This document shows positions 9,760-19,570 of a stretch of 64,000 bases of DNA, one piece after another. A model generated the notes under the pieces. The model worked only from the letters and a program-made list of their open reading frames with translations. It was not told the origin of the DNA and searched no databases. The translations under genes and the position numbers were made by a program. The DNA comes from Parcubacteria group bacterium Gr01-1014_30 (GTDB lineage: Bacteria > Patescibacteriota > Minisyncoccia > Minisyncoccales > 2-12-FULL-40-12). Each line of letters starts with the position of its first letter. The stretch's first letter is position 1. Location of the stretch: positions 25,983-89,982 of the forward strand of contig VMFS01000003.1 in assembly GCA_007376185.1 (NCBI GenBank), written 5' to 3'.

Positions 9760-10657
9760 GCAAATTGCTAAAGAAACAGTTATAACTTGCCTTTTTGGCG
9801 ACCCTGTTGCTCAGAGCGTGTCTCCTTATATGTACGGATATTTTGCCAAAAGAACCGGCATTGAGTATTACAGCCATTTGAAAATTCGCGTGCCCAAAGA
9901 GAAAAAAGGTGAGCTTGGAGAAGCCATCTTGGCGGCAAAGACGTTGGGTTTTGCAGGAATCAACATTACCGTGCCTTACAAAATGGAGGTTATCAAAGAA
10001 CTTGATAAGGTGGATTCGAGAGCCAAAACCATCGGCGCGGTGAATGCCATTTTGGTTAAAGACGGAAAACTAACAGGATACAATACCGACGGCCTTGGAG
10101 CTTTGGCTGCCATGGAGAACAGGTTGCGCAAAATGACTCAAAAGGACAAGGTCGTTGTTTTTGGCGCAGGGGGAGCCTCGAGAGCAATTTTAGGCACGCT
10201 TTTGCCCATTACCAAAAATATTACGGTTCTGCAGAGAAAAGACGACTTTAACTTGGCACATTCTTTAAAAAAATCAATGAAAAAAGTGAATATTCTGCCC
10301 TTAAATTTTGAGAATATCAGCAAATCAGTTATAAGGGCAAACTTTGTGTTAAATGCAACCTCTGTAGGTATGATTCCCAATACAAGGGAGAGCGTTATTT
10401 TGGAAAAGTTGTTCTCGGAGATAAACCGGAAGGCTGCTCTGCGACAGAAATTTTTCTTTGATACTGTTTACAATCCCTATGAAACCAAGTTTTTGTCGCT
10501 TGCCAAAAAATACGGAGCCAAACTCTGCCAGGGGTTGTATATGATGGCGTATCAGGGAGCCGCTTCTTTTGAATTATGGACGGGAAAGAAGGTCGCAAAA
10601 AAAGATGTTGAAGTTGCCTTAAAAATCCTTAAACAAAAAATGGGAGTAAAAGGCTAA
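9752..10657 (+). CDS. aroE: Shikimate dehydrogenase-family protein
   Basis: GDPVAQSVSP; NITVPYK; IGAVN; GYNTDG; GAGGASRA; NATSVGM; YNP. Confidence 0.85.
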   Translation: MIKQIAKETVITCLFGDPVAQSVSPYMYGYFAKRTGIEYYSHLKIRVPKEKKGELGEAILAAKTLGFAGINITVPYKMEVIKELDKVDSRAKTIGAVNAILVKDGKLTGYNTDGLGALAAMENRLRKMTQKDKVVVFGAGGASRAILGTLLPITKNITVLQRKDDFNLAHSLKKSMKKVNILPLNFENISKSVIRANFVLNATSVGMIPNTRESVILEKLFSEINRKAALRQKFFFDTVYNPYETKFLSLAKKYGAKLCQGLYMMAYQGAASFELWTGKKVAKKDVEVALKILKQKMGVKG

Positions 10658-10664
10658 AAATTGT

Positions 10665-11666
10665 ATGAACACAGAAAATAAAAAAGTAGGTTACGGGGTT
10701 GTGGGCTGCGGCAGAATTTTCCCAGCGCATTATGCGGCGATAAAAAAAGACAGAGATAGCCAACTTATTGCGGTATACGATATCAACTCAGACGCAGTAA
10801 GAGCTGTCAAGGAGAAATTCGGAGTAGAAGCAAAAAATAGTTTGCAAGAGCTGCTTTCTGATCCAAGAGTTGATGTGGTTACAGTATGCACTCCTCATCA
10901 CACACACAAAGATGTTATTTTGAAGGTTATTGAAACCGGGAAGTACTGTTTGTGTGAAAAGCCCATTTGTTTGACAACGAAAGAAGGCGAGGAAATTTTG
11001 ACAAGCCCTCACTACAAAGACAATGTGTTCGTATGCTACCAAAATAGGTTCAATCCGGCCGCGCAATTTTTAATGAAATTGCTTAAAAAAGGAATTTTAG
11101 GGCAAGTTAAGCTGTGTTCTGCGTCTTTAAGGTGGTGGAGAGATAACAGTTATTTTCAGGATTGGCATGGCGATGTGGAGAAAGTCGGTGGCATGGGCTT
11201 TAACCAGGGCGCGCATATTTTAGACATTATGAGACAGGTTTGTGGCATGCCTTTGAGAGTTGATAGGTTAGCTAAGCCAATGCGCGAGAATTCCAACGTG
11301 GACGACGTGCTTTTGGCAAATGTTGTTTTTGATTCAGGCTCGTACGGCAACATAGAGCTGACAACTTTCGCGCCCTACAAGGACTGGGAAGTGTCACTTT
11401 TGGTAGCTGGAGAAAAGGGCACGATAAAAATCGGCGGCGTGTCAGTGAATAAAGTTGAGTTTTTGGACGTCAAAGATGAAGAGTTGATGAAAACCTATCC
11501 CCAATATTCAGAAGAAATAGAAACCGGATACGGCAACAGCCACCCGAGAGTTATTTCAGCTTTAACTGAATTTGTCAAAACCGGCAAAAAGCATCCCAGT
11601 TTAGCTGACGCCAGAGATGGCGTTCAAACAACGGAATTCATTGAAAAAATTTATGAAAGACATTAA
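10665..11666 (+). CDS. Gfo/Idh/MocA oxidoreductase (WbpB-like sugar dehydrogenase)
   Basis: [24 protein letters not shown]. Confidence 0.85.
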   Translation: MNTENKKVGYGVVGCGRIFPAHYAAIKKDRDSQLIAVYDINSDAVRAVKEKFGVEAKNSLQELLSDPRVDVVTVCTPHHTHKDVILKVIETGKYCLCEKPICLTTKEGEEILTSPHYKDNVFVCYQNRFNPAAQFLMKLLKKGILGQVKLCSASLRWWRDNSYFQDWHGDVEKVGGMGFNQGAHILDIMRQVCGMPLRVDRLAKPMRENSNVDDVLLANVVFDSGSYGNIELTTFAPYKDWEVSLLVAGEKGTIKIGGVSVNKVEFLDVKDEELMKTYPQYSEEIETGYGNSHPRVISALTEFVKTGKKHPSLADARDGVQTTEFIEKIYERH

Positions 11667-12579
11667 CCAACAAGATTTAGAAAAAAATATCCCCTTGGTA
11701 ACAAGGAAAGATTACCAAAGAGAGGTAAAAGCAGGACTCGTTGAGTTCGGAAAAGAAAAAATAGTGGTGATAGCCGGCCCCTGCACCATAGAAAGCAAGA
11801 CGCAAGTAATGGAAATTGCCAAAGCCGTGAAAGATGCGGGAGCTAAAATGCTGCGAGGCGGAGCTTTCAAGCCCTTAACTTTTCCTTATGGCGACCCTTT
11901 GGCTCAGCCAGATTCTAACAGCGGTCAGCCATCTGTTGACCGGCTGAAAGTGTTGACTAAAAAAGAGCAAATGGAGTCAGCCGAAAAAAGGTTGTCTTAT
12001 CTGGCTGAAGCCGGAGCAAAGTATGGGTTGCCAGTGGTGGCGGAAATCATTTACGCCGATTCTGTAGCGATGATGGAAAAGTACGTTGATATGTTTCAAG
12101 TAGGATACCGCCATATGTGGAATATGGATTTGATTGACGCTCTTTCAAAGACCAAAAAGCCATTGCTGCTGAAGCGTCATTACGGAGAAAGTTTGAGGTC
12201 GCTATTGGGCGTGGCAGAGCATTATGAGGCGAGAAACAAGCATAATTTTGCTTTTGTGGAAAGGGGCGTGGCGGTTCCTCACACGCACAATCCGCAATCA
12301 AGAGCAGTTATTGACATTCAGGCGATTCCTGCTTTGAAAGAATTCGCGCCTTCAGTTCCCGTGATTGTTGACCCGAGCCACTCAACTTTTAAGCGGATTT
12401 ATGTGAGTTCTGTGGCAAGGGCAGCCATTGCAGCCGGAGCTGACGGGCTTTTGATTGACATACATCCAGAACCCGAAAAGGCATGGGTTGACCCTTTGCA
12501 GGCGCTGGATTTTAAGGCCTTTGAAAAATTGATGACGGAAATTGAGGGGATAGCAAAAGTTTTGGGAAAGACAATATGA
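11653..12579 (+). CDS. Divergent class I-beta DAHP/KDOP synthase-family aldolase
   Basis: [34 protein letters not shown]...HP..AWVD. Confidence 0.8.
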   Translation: MKDINQQDLEKNIPLVTRKDYQREVKAGLVEFGKEKIVVIAGPCTIESKTQVMEIAKAVKDAGAKMLRGGAFKPLTFPYGDPLAQPDSNSGQPSVDRLKVLTKKEQMESAEKRLSYLAEAGAKYGLPVVAEIIYADSVAMMEKYVDMFQVGYRHMWNMDLIDALSKTKKPLLLKRHYGESLRSLLGVAEHYEARNKHNFAFVERGVAVPHTHNPQSRAVIDIQAIPALKEFAPSVPVIVDPSHSTFKRIYVSSVARAAIAAGADGLLIDIHPEPEKAWVDPLQALDFKAFEKLMTEIEGIAKVLGKTI

Positions 12580-12589
12580 GTTTGATGGT

Positions 12590-12778
12590 AGCTCGGCGGT
12601 AAAGTTCCCGTTCGCCGTCCCTCAAAAATCGATCGTCAGCGAAGATGAAGAAGAGATTTATCTCTTCTGACTCCCAGCGAGATTTTGGGGTCTGCGCTCT
12701 CGCGCCGCCATTCCGCCCTCAAGCGGAAACCTTGCTGGCGGCGCTCCGAGAGCCGTCCGGAAACTTCACCGCCTCGCT
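12590..12778. repeat. About 190-bp multibranched palindromic element
   Basis: Outer GGCGGTAAAGTTCCCG/CGGAAACTTCACCGCC; inner CCCTCAAAAATC/GATTTTGGGG and GCTCTCG-CGCCGCCA-TTCCGC/GCGGAA-TGGCGGCG-CGAGAGC; carries the 34-nt repeat module at 12638-12671. Confidence 0.75.
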
Positions 12779-12784
12779 TAAAAT

Positions 12785-13546
12785 ATGCCTAAAGTATCCA
12801 TCATAGTTAGAACAAAGAACGAAGAAAAGTGGATAGGCGAGTGTTTGAGAGCGGTTTTCGGCCAGAAGTTTAAGGGGTTCGCTGAAACTTCGTCTCCTTT
12901 CACTCCCGCAGGGGCGAGAAGAGAACGAAGTTCTCTGCGAGCGCCTCTCTCTGTTTCACAGAGTTCGGCTTTTGAAGTTGTTGTTGTTGATAACGGGAGC
13001 TTTGACAAAACGTTGGATATCGCGAAAAAATTTCCGGTGAAAATCGTTCATCACAAAGGTAAAGCTTGGTTTCCCGGAAGGTCAATTAACGCCGGAATCA
13101 GAAATTCGTCCGGAAAGTACATTGCTTTGCTTTCGGGACACTGCGTTCCTGTAAACAATAGTTGGCTTAGCGATTTAGTGAGGGAAGTAAAAGCTCCAAA
13201 AATTGCTGGAGTCTACGGCAGGCAACTCCCTTTGCCAGAAAGTTCACCCTTGGACAAGCAGGATTTATTGATGTTTTTCGGCAAAGACCCATTAATTCAA
13301 ACAAAAGGACACTTCTTTTATTTTGACAACGCAAATTGCGTTATCAAAAGGTCGGTTTGGGAGAAAATTCCCTTTGACGCAAAAATTAGGCACAAAGAAA
13401 ACATTATTTGGGGCAGAAAAGTTGTTCAAAGAGGATACAAAATTGTTTACACTCCCAAAGCAAAAGTTTATCACTGGCACGGAATAAATCACGCAGGAAA
13501 TATAAAAAGAGCCAAAGAAGTGGTTAAAGTGCTGGAAAAATTATGA
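12785..13546 (+). CDS. GT2 glycosyltransferase (rhamnosyltransferase-like) with an in-frame repeat insertion
   Basis: VSIIVRTKNEE; VVVVDNGS; GVYGRQLP; about 31 extra residues at 12878-12970. Confidence 0.85.
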   Translation: MPKVSIIVRTKNEEKWIGECLRAVFGQKFKGFAETSSPFTPAGARRERSSLRAPLSVSQSSAFEVVVVDNGSFDKTLDIAKKFPVKIVHHKGKAWFPGRSINAGIRNSSGKYIALLSGHCVPVNNSWLSDLVREVKAPKIAGVYGRQLPLPESSPLDKQDLLMFFGKDPLIQTKGHFFYFDNANCVIKRSVWEKIPFDAKIRHKENIIWGRKVVQRGYKIVYTPKAKVYHWHGINHAGNIKRAKEVVKVLEKL

Positions 13547-14265
13547 ACAAAGAGAACCAAAAGGTGGTGGCAGTAATAATTGCAAGAGGCGGTTCAAAAG
13601 GCGTGCCAAGGAAAAATGTACGGCTTTTGGCAGGCAAACCTTTAATTGCTTACCCCATAATTGCGGCAAAAAATTGTGCTTTGATTAACAGGGTAATAGT
13701 TTCAACAGACAACGACGAGATTGCTTCAGTTGCCAAAGAATGGGGAGGGGAAGTTCCTTTTGTGAGACCTGCGGAATTGGCTGAAGATTTAACCGCGACA
13801 GAGCCGGTTTTGCAGCATGCCATAAAATGGCTTGATGAAAACGAAAAATATCATACGGACATTATGGTGTTTTTGACCGCCACATTTGTTCCGCGAAAGA
13901 AGGGAATTGTGGAAAAAGTCGTTAAACATTTAATTGAACATCCGGAACTGGATTCTGTATTTACAGCAACTCCTACGCACAAAAACTACTGGCGCTTCAA
14001 AGATGGGCAGTGGGTTAGATTGGCTTCAGATATCCCGCATTATGGTTCGCGGCAAACAAAAGAGCCCTTGTGGCGAGAAGATACTCCTTTGGTTTGCGCT
14101 ACAAGAGCTGACTGGATAAGACAGGGAAAAAGAATGGGAGAGAAAGTTTGGATTATTGAGAATGACGCCGAGTTTTCAGTTGACATTGACACTGAATTTG
14201 ATTTCTGGATGGCAGAGGAATACATCAAAAGAGTTAAAAATATTAAAGACTATGAAGGGTTCTAA
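13543..14265 (+). CDS. neuA: Acylneuraminate/ulosonate cytidylyltransferase (NeuA/KdsB family)
   Basis: ARGGSKGVPRKN; GKPLI; VSTD; PFVRPAELA; VDIDTEFDF. Confidence 0.8.
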   Translation: MNKENQKVVAVIIARGGSKGVPRKNVRLLAGKPLIAYPIIAAKNCALINRVIVSTDNDEIASVAKEWGGEVPFVRPAELAEDLTATEPVLQHAIKWLDENEKYHTDIMVFLTATFVPRKKGIVEKVVKHLIEHPELDSVFTATPTHKNYWRFKDGQWVRLASDIPHYGSRQTKEPLWREDTPLVCATRADWIRQGKRMGEKVWIIENDAEFSVDIDTEFDFWMAEEYIKRVKNIKDYEGF

Positions 14266-14713
14266 CATTACAAATCAAAATACTTGTCCCGCTTGCGACA
14301 AGTTTCAGCATCCTGAAACGAGTCCGGGCGGAAGAATAAAAGATTACCAACACTGGTTTTTAGAGCATATACCAGAGCCAGTTCCGGTAAAAGGTTGGCT
14401 GGCGCTGAGATTAATAAGGCATGCTGAAGGACTTGTTGGCTTAGACAGCCAAGAAGCTAAAGAACTGGGAGAAATTTTGGAAAATCTGCCAAAGGTCTTA
14501 AAAGAAACAACCGGAGCCGCGCAAATTTATCTCTGTTGTTTTACAGAAGTTGTGCCGCATTTACATTTTCACTTTATTCCCAGATATCCGGAAGAAACCA
14601 AAAGAACCATTGAAGTTTTTGCTCTGCAAAATGAGGTGAAAGCAGGCAAACTGCCGGCGGGTGATCCAAAAGAAGCAGCAACTTTAGCGGAAAGCCTAAA
14701 AAAGAAATTATGA
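14252..14713 (+). CDS. HIT-family nucleotide hydrolase
   Basis: CPAC; VPHLHFHFIPRY HIT motif. Confidence 0.8.
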   Translation: MKGSNITNQNTCPACDKFQHPETSPGGRIKDYQHWFLEHIPEPVPVKGWLALRLIRHAEGLVGLDSQEAKELGEILENLPKVLKETTGAAQIYLCCFTEVVPHLHFHFIPRYPEETKRTIEVFALQNEVKAGKLPAGDPKEAATLAESLKKKL

Positions 14714-15537
14714 TCAACAAAAAGTATTGCCCAAATTGCGAATCGGGAAAGAGAAAACTTATTTTGGATGTGTCTGGAGAAAAGGACACCTATTTGGATT
14801 ATTTGAATTCCAAAGGGTATTTGGATATTGATTATAAAAATATTGTGAGGCAGTACTGGCAGTGCGAAGGTTGTGGTTTGGTTTATCGCAGCCCTGTTTT
14901 AGACAAAAACGAAAAGGAGATTTTGTATGAATATTTTAGGGACGTTGAGTTCAGGGGCGAAAACAGGCAAGAGTATTTCAATAGAATAACTTCTTACCCG
15001 CGACAAGAAAGCGAAAATTACGAAAAATGCAGGTTTTTGGAAAAGTATATTCCAGAGACGGGAACCTTGTTGGACGTTGGCTGCGGCGCAGGAGTGTTTA
15101 TTTATGCTTTCAAAAATTATTTTCAAAAATGGGAAGTGTTAGGTATTGAACCGACTGAAGGCTTTGCCGAGTTTGCCGAGAAAGAAGGCATAAAAGTTGA
15201 CTACGGCTACTTAACAGAAAATACGTATGATAAAACTTTCAACCTTATTAGCTTGATTCACGTTTTGGAGCACGTTGACAGCCCAAAGCCAATGCTGTCG
15301 CTTCTCAAAAAATATCTGGGCTCAAAAAGCTTGCTTTACATTGAAAGCCCTTCTGTGAAGGACATAGATTATTTACCGTCATCTCACGACAGATTTATGA
15401 GCCAGCACGACGTGATTTTTTCTGAAAGTTTTCTGCAAAATTGTTTGAGAGAGTCAGGTTACGAAATTGCGGCTTCTGAAGATTTTATTTCAGCCAGAAA
15501 AAGGAATAACGTCAGGATTTTAGCTAAACTTTTATGA
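14710..15537 (+). CDS. Class I SAM-dependent methyltransferase with N-terminal Cys cluster
   Basis: CPNC...CEGCG; LLDVGCGAG; HVLEHV. Confidence 0.85.
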   Translation: MINKKYCPNCESGKRKLILDVSGEKDTYLDYLNSKGYLDIDYKNIVRQYWQCEGCGLVYRSPVLDKNEKEILYEYFRDVEFRGENRQEYFNRITSYPRQESENYEKCRFLEKYIPETGTLLDVGCGAGVFIYAFKNYFQKWEVLGIEPTEGFAEFAEKEGIKVDYGYLTENTYDKTFNLISLIHVLEHVDSPKPMLSLLKKYLGSKSLLYIESPSVKDIDYLPSSHDRFMSQHDVIFSESFLQNCLRESGYEIAASEDFISARKRNNVRILAKLL

Positions 15538-16505
15538 CAAAGAGAGTTCTTATAACAGGAGGAGCTGGGTTTATTGGTTCTTATCTAACTGAGCGGCTCT
15601 TAAATCTTGGCTATAATGTATGGGTTATTGATAATCTTTCAGCTGGTTCTGCCAAGAATATCCAGCATCTACTGAAAAGACGCAATTTCCGCTTCGTTAA
15701 AGGGGAAATTTCAAACAAGCAACTCATGAAAAATCTGATGAAGCATACTACGAGGATTTGGCATCTTGCCGCAACCATGGGAGTTAGGCGGATAATGGAG
15801 CAACCTTTGGAATCTTTTAAGAATAACATTGAGAGCACCCACACGATTCTATCTTTAGCTGCAAATAAAAAGATACCAGTATTGATTACTTCTTCCTCAG
15901 AGGTCTACGGGAAGAATCCATATCTTCCTTTTGAAGAAAGCGCAGACAGAATTTATGGAAATATACAAAGCGCGAGATGGGGATATGCTTTGGCAAAAGC
16001 AGTTAATGAATTTCTTGCTTTGGGTTATCTCTGGCAAAAAAAACTTCCATGTATTATAGTACGGCTTTTTAATGTCATTGGGCCGCGTCAAACATCGGCT
16101 TCTGGGATGGTTGTGCCAACTTTCGTGCAGCAAGCCCTGTCTAGAAAGCCCATCACGGTATACGGTGATGGAACACAAACAAGATGTTTTGTAGATGTTG
16201 AAGACATTGTGAGCTCTCTAATTACGCTCATGGAAACAAAGAAAGCTTTTGGTGAAACCTTCGATGTGGGGTCCGACGAAGAGATTAAAATGATAGAGCT
16301 AGCGAGATTAGTAAAAAAATTAACAAAAAGCAGTTCAGACATTCTTTTGATACCCTATAAGAAAGTTTATAATTCTCCTTTTGAGGATGTCATGCGCAGC
16401 AAACCTAGTCTTACTAAAATTAGAAAGTTCATCAACTTTAAACCAAATTTTACCCTTAAGGAAAGTTTAAAAAAAATTATTGATTATGCGAAAACAAATT
16501 TCTAG
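15534..16505 (+). CDS. NAD-dependent nucleotide-sugar epimerase/dehydratase
   Basis: GGAGFIG; SSSEVYG; YALAK; RLFNVIGPRQ. Confidence 0.85.
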   Translation: MTKRVLITGGAGFIGSYLTERLLNLGYNVWVIDNLSAGSAKNIQHLLKRRNFRFVKGEISNKQLMKNLMKHTTRIWHLAATMGVRRIMEQPLESFKNNIESTHTILSLAANKKIPVLITSSSEVYGKNPYLPFEESADRIYGNIQSARWGYALAKAVNEFLALGYLWQKKLPCIIVRLFNVIGPRQTSASGMVVPTFVQQALSRKPITVYGDGTQTRCFVDVEDIVSSLITLMETKKAFGETFDVGSDEEIKMIELARLVKKLTKSSSDILLIPYKKVYNSPFEDVMRSKPSLTKIRKFINFKPNFTLKESLKKIIDYAKTNF

Positions 16506-17670
16506 AAAAAACTCCCCCTCATTTTTGTTCATAGATCACGTGTATCCGCCTGCTTTGGATTATTTCAACTTGAATGACGATACAAAGAGCAATTATGAAG
16601 CAACTAAAAGGAAAATCTCTCAGCAGATACTAAACAGAGGTTCTCTTCTTGCGGTGAATTTTCAAAAGCTCGGGTATAGGGCGGATTCGATTATATTAAG
16701 TTGCGAACCGCTCCAGAAAAAATGGGCCAGAGAGCACGGCATCGGAATAACCTCCCTTCCCGTTCCCCATATTGCCAGGAAATCGTATTTTGTAAGGTCT
16801 ATTTTTTCAAAATTCCCAAAAATGTACTATTTTCTTAAAGGGTTAGCTGAGAAAAAAAGTTTTAATTTCCAGATTCTGCTTGCCCAAATTCAGGATTTCA
16901 AACCCGCCGTTTTGTTCATTCTTGACTTTCACCAATTTACTCCAGACTTTTTGGAAACAGCAAGAAAATATGTTGGGAAAATAGCGGCTTTCGTCAACGC
17001 TCCAATATATGCGCCAGCTGAATTATTTAAAAGTTACGACATTCTTTTTTCGCCTTTTCCTCACTACGTGGAAATGTTTCAGAAAATGGGAATTTCGTCC
17101 GCTTATCTTCCATTTAGTTTTGAGCCGATTATTTTGGAGGAAATTGGCAAAAAAGAAAGAATTGAGGACTGCGTTTTCATTGGCGGATTAAGCAGGGGCA
17201 TGGATAAAATCTCCTTTCTTGAAGAGCTTTCCCGAAAAATCAATGTGAAGTTCTGGGGATATATGAATCCGACTCTTCCTTCTGATTCGCCAATCCTGTC
17301 AACTTATAAAGGTCAAGCTTGGGGAATTGACGTATTGAAGATTTTGGCAAAAAGCAAGATTGTCGTGAACCGCCACGTTCAGAAACATGAAAATTTCTCC
17401 AGTAAATACGCAGATAATGTTCGACTTTATGAGTCAACGGGCATGGGAGCACTATTAATTACCGACTGGAAAGAGAATCTGGGAGAGTTATTTGAAATTG
17501 GGAAAGAAGTGGAGACGTACCGCACGAGCGAAGAAGCCGCAGAGAAGGTTAAATATTACCTTTCTCACGAGCGAGAAAGAGAAAAAATCGCCAAAGCAGG
17601 GCAAGCGCGAACGCTGCAGGACCATACCTATGAACAGCGAGCGAAAAAGATAATGGAAATTTTATCATGA
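16486..17670 (+). CDS. CgeB-like glycosyltransferase (Glyco_trans_1_2)
   Basis: SKIVVNRH; NVRLYESTGMG; IAKAGQARTLQDHTYEQR. Confidence 0.8.
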   Translation: MRKQISRKNSPSFLFIDHVYPPALDYFNLNDDTKSNYEATKRKISQQILNRGSLLAVNFQKLGYRADSIILSCEPLQKKWAREHGIGITSLPVPHIARKSYFVRSIFSKFPKMYYFLKGLAEKKSFNFQILLAQIQDFKPAVLFILDFHQFTPDFLETARKYVGKIAAFVNAPIYAPAELFKSYDILFSPFPHYVEMFQKMGISSAYLPFSFEPIILEEIGKKERIEDCVFIGGLSRGMDKISFLEELSRKINVKFWGYMNPTLPSDSPILSTYKGQAWGIDVLKILAKSKIVVNRHVQKHENFSSKYADNVRLYESTGMGALLITDWKENLGELFEIGKEVETYRTSEEAAEKVKYYLSHEREREKIAKAGQARTLQDHTYEQRAKKIMEILS

Positions 17671-18341
17671 TAAACCTTTTTGATCATCCATTTACAATCA
17701 CTACCTACAATGCCTTTCGGCGAAGATTTTTAATTGGGAAGGCAAAACTGCAGCGTCGAAATTTTGACGATTATATTTTTGGTTTGTGGGCAAAGAACTT
17801 TGGTGTAGCCCTAGATATTAATTGTTTGAAAAGGTTGGATACTATCTTGCAAAAAATGAAACCACGATCGATTTTTGAATTTGGCTCATGAGTTTCCACG
17901 GCAGTGCTTGCAAAGTATGCAGAAAACAACGATTGCACTATTACCGTAGTCGAAGATAGTTCTACTTATTTGGAGATTATGAAAAAAAATATTTCAACAA
18001 AGTATAAAAGTGATCACTTCACTTTTGTTTATGCGCCGAATCACTACAAGGATTATCTGGAAGCGAGTATCAATCCAGGAACGATGGATTTGGTGGTTAT
18101 CGATGGTCCTGATGGAGAAGAACATCGGCTATACAATAAGTTTTTCTATGAAAAGATTATTGGACCTGAAACTACATGCATTATTGATGATACAGACTAT
18201 TCTGCGCTCGATAGACTTGCGGAGGAGATTGCGCGCAGAAATTCGCTAAAGAAAATTGATTTTCGGGATGCGTTTTATAGTAAAGCACATCAATACTCAA
18301 TTCTCTTCCCGCAAACAGCAAACACCAAAGAAATAATATGA
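17667..18341 (+). pseudogene. Class I methyltransferase-like gene interrupted by an in-frame TGA at 17889-17891
   Basis: ORFs 17667-17891 and 17904-18341 are in one frame; reads IFEFGS*VST where motif I ExGSGxST is expected; later VVIDGP and IIDD motifs. Confidence 0.75.
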
Positions 18342-19564
18342 AGATCCTTTTCGTGGCCGGAACAAACTTTGAGTTGTATTACCTGAGTTCAGTTGTTTAT
18401 CTTCTGCGATCGTATGACAAGTCGCTTGAGTTTAAGCTGTTTTTGCGCCGCAATTTCGCCAACAATATTACGCCTGAAGTCAGAAGTTTGTATTCAGAAA
18501 TAGAGCTTTTTCAAATTCCTGCTTTAACTCCGCCTCTAACTTGGAATCCCGCAAAGATGCTTTACAATATTTTTGAAAACTTTTACGACTATTTGGTTTA
18601 CAGAAATCAAATGAAAGAAAATCTTTCCAAAGTTGAAATTGCTTGCATATGCGGCATAAAAGAGTTTTTCGCCAACGTGTTGGCAAAACACGCCCCAAAG
18701 AACTTGCGCATAGTTGCTTTAAGGCTCGCCAACCAGCGGCTTGAGGAGACAAAGGAGTTTCGCAAGCGTCCTTTTCTTTCATTTTTATTAAATATTAAAA
18801 ACAGAATTTTTGGATATTCGCCAGTTGAATATAAATGGAGCTTTAAAGGAGGATTAGATCCCTTAACTAAAAACTTCGTCAGCTACCCTTACCATCGCAC
18901 AATATCCATTACCGATCATAACATTGGCAGAGAAGATTCTTTCTTCAGACTGCCGCCGCCATTTGTCGCATTAAAAAAACTATACAAAGGGGGTAGTAGA
19001 AGTTCGGCCGGACTTCGTCCGACTGATTCGCATTCGGCGAATGCCGAACTTTCACTACCCCCCAAACTCCAAGATCAAACTCCTGCCATTTTGCTGGCTG
19101 GCGATAAAACCCCGTTTTATGAAGGATGGGCCGAAAAGGACGAAAAAACATACGAGAGCGTTCTTGATTTTTTGAGAGAAAATTTTCCCAAGCACAAACT
19201 TTACTTCAAACCTAAGATAGGCAGGACAGATCCTTCCAAATACAATTTAGCCGGTTTTGAGCTTTTGTCACCTGACATTTCTTTGGAAGAGATTTGCTTG
19301 AGATATAACATTCAAAAAGTAATTTCCATAAGGTCAACGAGTTCAAAAGTAGGATCTTATTTTGGTATTCCAAGTTATATGCTTTACCCTTTGTTTCCCA
19401 TTCCCGAGCGGTTCAAAGAAGGCATTGAAAATGAGCACTACGATATGCGGTCGGTCGTTAGAGTTTCAAAACTTGAAGATATACTCTTTAAATCCGATAC
19501 ATTCATACAACAATATAACCTTGAAAAATTAGCAGAGCTCTATTGGCAAGCAATAGTTGAGTAA
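18338..19564 (+). CDS. Putative sialyl/ulosonyl-transferase-like (GT-B) protein with an in-frame palindrome
   Basis: C-terminal LYFKPK...SLEEICL...VISIRSTS resembles polysialyltransferase-type C-domains; locus context. Confidence 0.5.
   Translation: MKILFVAGTNFELYYLSSVVYLLRSYDKSLEFKLFLRRNFANNITPEVRSLYSEIELFQIPALTPPLTWNPAKMLYNIFENFYDYLVYRNQMKENLSKVEIACICGIKEFFANVLAKHAPKNLRIVALRLANQRLEETKEFRKRPFLSFLLNIKNRIFGYSPVEYKWSFKGGLDPLTKNFVSYPYHRTISITDHNIGREDSFFRLPPPFVALKKLYKGGSRSSAGLRPTDSHSANAELSLPPKLQDQTPAILLAGDKTPFYEGWAEKDEKTYESVLDFLRENFPKHKLYFKPKIGRTDPSKYNLAGFELLSPDISLEEICLRYNIQKVISIRSTSSKVGSYFGIPSYMLYPLFPIPERFKEGIENEHYDMRSVVRVSKLEDILFKSDTFIQQYNLEKLAELYWQAIVE
18989..19063. repeat. In-frame three-way-junction palindromic element
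   Basis: GGGGGTAGT-AAGTTCGGC/GCCGAACTT-ACTACCCCC; inner CGGAC-TTC-GTCCG and ATTCGC-ATTCG-GCGAAT; CAAA duplicated 78 nt apart. Confidence 0.85.
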
Positions 19565-19570
19565 ATAAAT

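Noticed and set aside
17889..17891. Genome-wide UGA recoding or selenocysteine
   Set aside because: Many genes end properly at TGA with ATGA overlaps; the aligned residue is Gly, not Cys.
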